Shown piece after piece: positions 60,656 through 64,000 of a DNA stretch of 64,000 nucleotides. The notes beneath the pieces are model-generated. The model ran no database searches. It had not been told where the DNA came from and was given only the letters and a program-made list of their open reading frames with translations. This stretch comes from Phoronis australis (taxonomy: Eukaryota; Animalia; Phoronida), in NCBI GenBank assembly GCA_002633005.1, contig NMRA01000707.1, forward strand, positions 121,558 to 185,557. Reading direction: 5' to 3'. A program made the position numbers and the translations under genes. Numbering within the stretch: position 1 is the stretch's first letter; every line of letters begins with the position of its first letter.

Positions 60656-62399
60656 GTAAGTATACTACTCACCTATGAGAGACAATTGGTCCCTGAAAGG
60701 CATCTTCCGTGCCGTAAGGTCTTAGACAGTGCTGCTTACACGTATATGCCCGATGCATATGTAATTAAGTAAACGCCATCCGACGGATAGCTTGCAAAGG
60801 TATCATATGACGCAATTTTAATCTGGATTTCACTCTGGTTTTCCGTTGAATTACTCGTCTGACCTGCCTCATAAATCGAACCCAGATCCTCCCATGCTAG
60901 TCAGACACTCTAACCATTGATCTGTCAAGATCATGTCGGAACAGGCGACCAAGGTACATATCCACTCTCACAGTACACTCCAACACCAACCTGCTCACCT
61001 CTCTATAATAATCACCACCGGACCAACCTAAATGCAACTCTGTGTCTACATTTGGGGCAATGAGGGGGTAGATGACAATCATTGACTGATTTGGAAAAAT
61101 AAGGAAATTCGGGCAAATTAAGAATAAAAAATCGCACTATGGAGCTTCCCATGGAAATTGCACGTGATATTCGGGGTATGTGGTTTTGCAAAGCAAATCT
61201 AAGCCCAATGTCCCCCAAACAGCCAAGTCCAGATACGCGTATCTAGCTTATTGGAAATTTCAGGAAATAGGCCCATGGGCGAATATCCGGAAACGACCAA
61301 TCAAAAACTAAACGTCAAATGAGCGTTTTTTAGAAACTGCGTCCTTCATTTTGTGGCGCACTTTTGAGGCAACCAATTGGCAATATTTATCAATTGTTAA
61401 ATTAACAAGACCTATTAATGTATGTAGTTTTGTCATACTAAAATCACATTCAGCAAATATATTGAGTTTAAAGTGTCATTCACACCGTGCAAATTCGGTT
61501 AGTTACCCAAATTATAGTCGTTTGAGTGAAATTGTCATCGCTAATGCCTTTCCAAAATAAACAGGACATATTAAATACATGTAAGTATTTTAGAACATTC
61601 CATATAATTATCAAAACGCGCAATCGGTTACCTAAAACACGTCTATTGGCTCAATTTTGGAAAATGCTCTGAAAATATGCCCATAGGTCTACTTTTGGCG
61701 CCACCTCTTTTCAGAAATTCCCGGTACCTGAGTACCCACCAACCTGTACCTTCGTAACAAAAATTAATCTCCACTATTCTGTTCGGCCATTTTTTAAAGT
61801 ATGCTCTCTCACTGTACGTGTATGCCAAGTTGTTCGTAGTTTCTTTCTGAACACTTTCATTTGGTAAATGTTCATTTTTAAATAAGCTAGACACGAGCAA
61901 CAGCATAAGGCATCAAGGACCCTGTCAGGGGATTGCAGTGGGAAAAAGATTAGGTACATGTAAGTAGGGTTGTAAAAGTTGTAGGAAATGTCTGTACAGG
62001 CGCCATCCACTGAAAGGTTTCAAAACTGTGCTTTTCAACCGACTTTTCCGATTACATTCAGTGACAGGGGGTTACACAAACCATGTATCACATTTTTCAC
62101 CCCAAAGCGAAGCATAGGTTCTGTCTCACAACGAGAGCATCTCGAATAAAACAATTATCTATGGAAAACCCATGACGTTATCTTTAGGTCACGAAGAAGC
62201 TCCAGAACAGCGGTATTTTCCTAGAGTCGTCAACTAAGTCGCCACACTTTCCAGTACTGCAATTACTGAACTTTGAGATAGCCAAAGGCTAGACTACAGA
62301 AATGCTATTTGATACCAAGATAGGAAAGACCTTCAGTGTCGTACAGCCTGTAGAGAAAAAATTAATATACCTAAGCAGTTTAATTTGATGATTACGCAG

Positions 62400-62652
62400 G
62401 TTCGAGAGAACAATGGAAGCAAAGCAACAAAATCCTAGTTTGAAAATACTCCTTGCTGTGGGTGGCTGGAACTTCGGAAGCGGTCCTTTTACGGCTATGG
62501 TGGTGACAGAAGCTACTCGTAAGGAGTTCGCTCGCAACTCTATTGCATATTTGAGAAAGCACGGATTCGATGGTCTCGACTTAGATTGGGAGTATCCTGC
62601 ACTCCGAGGAAGCCCCAGTGAAGATAGACAGCGATTCACAATGCTGTGCAAA
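62400..62652 (+). CDS. GH18 chitinase, coding exon 3 (catalytic)
   Basis: Acceptor ttacgcag|G; [13 protein letters not shown] and the intact catalytic motif [11 protein letters not shown] (DxxDxDxE); donor AAA|GTAAG. Confidence 0.96.
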
Positions 62653-62892
62653 GTAAGCCACCCCTTAAATATCGCACGCCATTTTTAGTAAGCAGAAAGC
62701 TTCAGAGTTTTACTGTAGGTACCACAGAAAAATGTGCTATACACGTCATTTTTTGTTTTTTTGGATACGCACGATCAGTTTATGGAAAGGTCCAAACGTC
62801 AAGAAAACTTTTACATTTCGTTTCTACAAGTCGGGTATTACCACTCATTCGTGTTCCCCAACGAATGAATTTGAATGCGTTATATTCTGCAG

Positions 62893-63017
62893 GACCTAGC
62901 CGAAGCCTTCGAGGCTGAAGCCAAGACGTCCGGCAAAGAGCGTCTTTTGTTGACGGCCGCTGTGGTTGCTGGGAAGGATAAAATCGATGTCGCCTACGAA
63001 GTGTCCAAAATTTCAAA
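62893..63017 (+). CDS. GH18 chitinase, coding exon 4 (gene continues downstream)
   Basis: Acceptor ttctgcag|; DLAEAFEAEAKTSGKERLLLTAAVVAGKDKIDVAYEVSKIS is the typical animal chitinase segment; donor AA|GTAAGT. Not present in the ORF track. Confidence 0.93.
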
Positions 63018-64000
63018 GTAAGTGGTAAATACTTTGCATTAGGGCATCACAGTGTGTACCCACTTCATGTCGCATGGACGTCATTGCATTCCATAAGATC
63101 TCAGCGACTTTACTCGCCAACAGTATTTTCACGGAGGTCTATGATTTCGTATGAACACGGAAACATTATCTCTATTTTGCCTGGAGAAAAGGCGGTCGCT
63201 AATGAGAAAACAATAAAACAGAGTATGAAAATTGGAATTGTGAACATTAACACGAAATTAGGACTACAGTATGTTAAGTAAAGAATGTTTGATTGAAGTC
63301 CATAGTGTATATTGCCAGTTTTGACAATTTTCCTGTATATTATGAGGTTTGGCCTAGTCTTGATTTCCACGGATGATAATTTGCAGGAGTTTAACTCCCC
63401 GGCAGATTTCGACCAAGCTTTAAAAAGTATTCTTTTGAAGAGTTGTGTAGCGCATATGGCCATAATGTTGCCATTCAACCGTTGTGTTTCTTGAATTTTG
63501 GACAGTTGTCGATTTTCAAATACCTATGTTATGGAACGATCCATTTTGCATAAATCCTCATACAATTTTCCGGATATTTCGACGATACCCACAGATCATG
63601 TAGATTGACGAATACAAAAGAGAAAAAACGTCGTTGGTATTTTTAGAGTTTACGGAGACACTTCCTTTCAGAAATTGTGGCCTACCCCACAGCACCCTTC
63701 ATCTGCTAGTAATACTTAAACAAATCCGTACTGCAGGTCTTACCGTTACACGATTTGACCTAAATTTTCTCGAGCTATAATGGGGCTATTCGGAGAATTC
63801 TCCTCGCGGTGTCGCTGCTGTACTAGTGGTGATTGAATTGCGCATGCGTGGCTGTCTGCATGTAAACAACTGGTAAAAGATTGAATTTTTATCAAAATAC
63901 GTCGTCGCGCTAAGCCTTATTACTGCTAATTTCCCTGGTGCAAGTCTTCGACAGGTGGCCACAAATTCCCAAAAGACCTAAGGTTACTATATTCGTGGAC

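Overview
Eukaryotic DNA, most likely from a bilaterian marine invertebrate (inferred from gene and repeat families; species not identifiable). Three host genes are supported. (1) A two-exon rhodopsin-class PRXamide neuropeptide receptor (pyrokinin/CAPA/neuromedin-U family) on the minus strand: 28338..27528 joined to 5526..4979, 452 aa, with a 22-kb intron. (2) A 2,3-BPG-dependent phosphoglycerate mutase (38198..38914, +) with an intron-free CDS and several bacterial gpmA-like features. (3) The first four coding exons of a secreted GH18 chitinase (59613..63017, +), which continues beyond the last exon seen. Between them lies a transposon island (about 43.5-55 kb): a decayed CR1/L2-type LINE split at TTAA by an internally deleted Sola3 DNA transposon that itself holds a MITE, a decayed Academ-type element, and another RT relic. 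Several MITE families, a Helentron-like element and SINE-like relics are scattered through the window. Most notable: strong over-representation of TACATGTA, one copy of which adds two codons to the LINE RT as a Tc1/mariner excision footprint would; the possibly horizontally acquired PGM; and a uORF plus long alternative-frame ORF over the receptor exon. All calls were made by eye without database searches.
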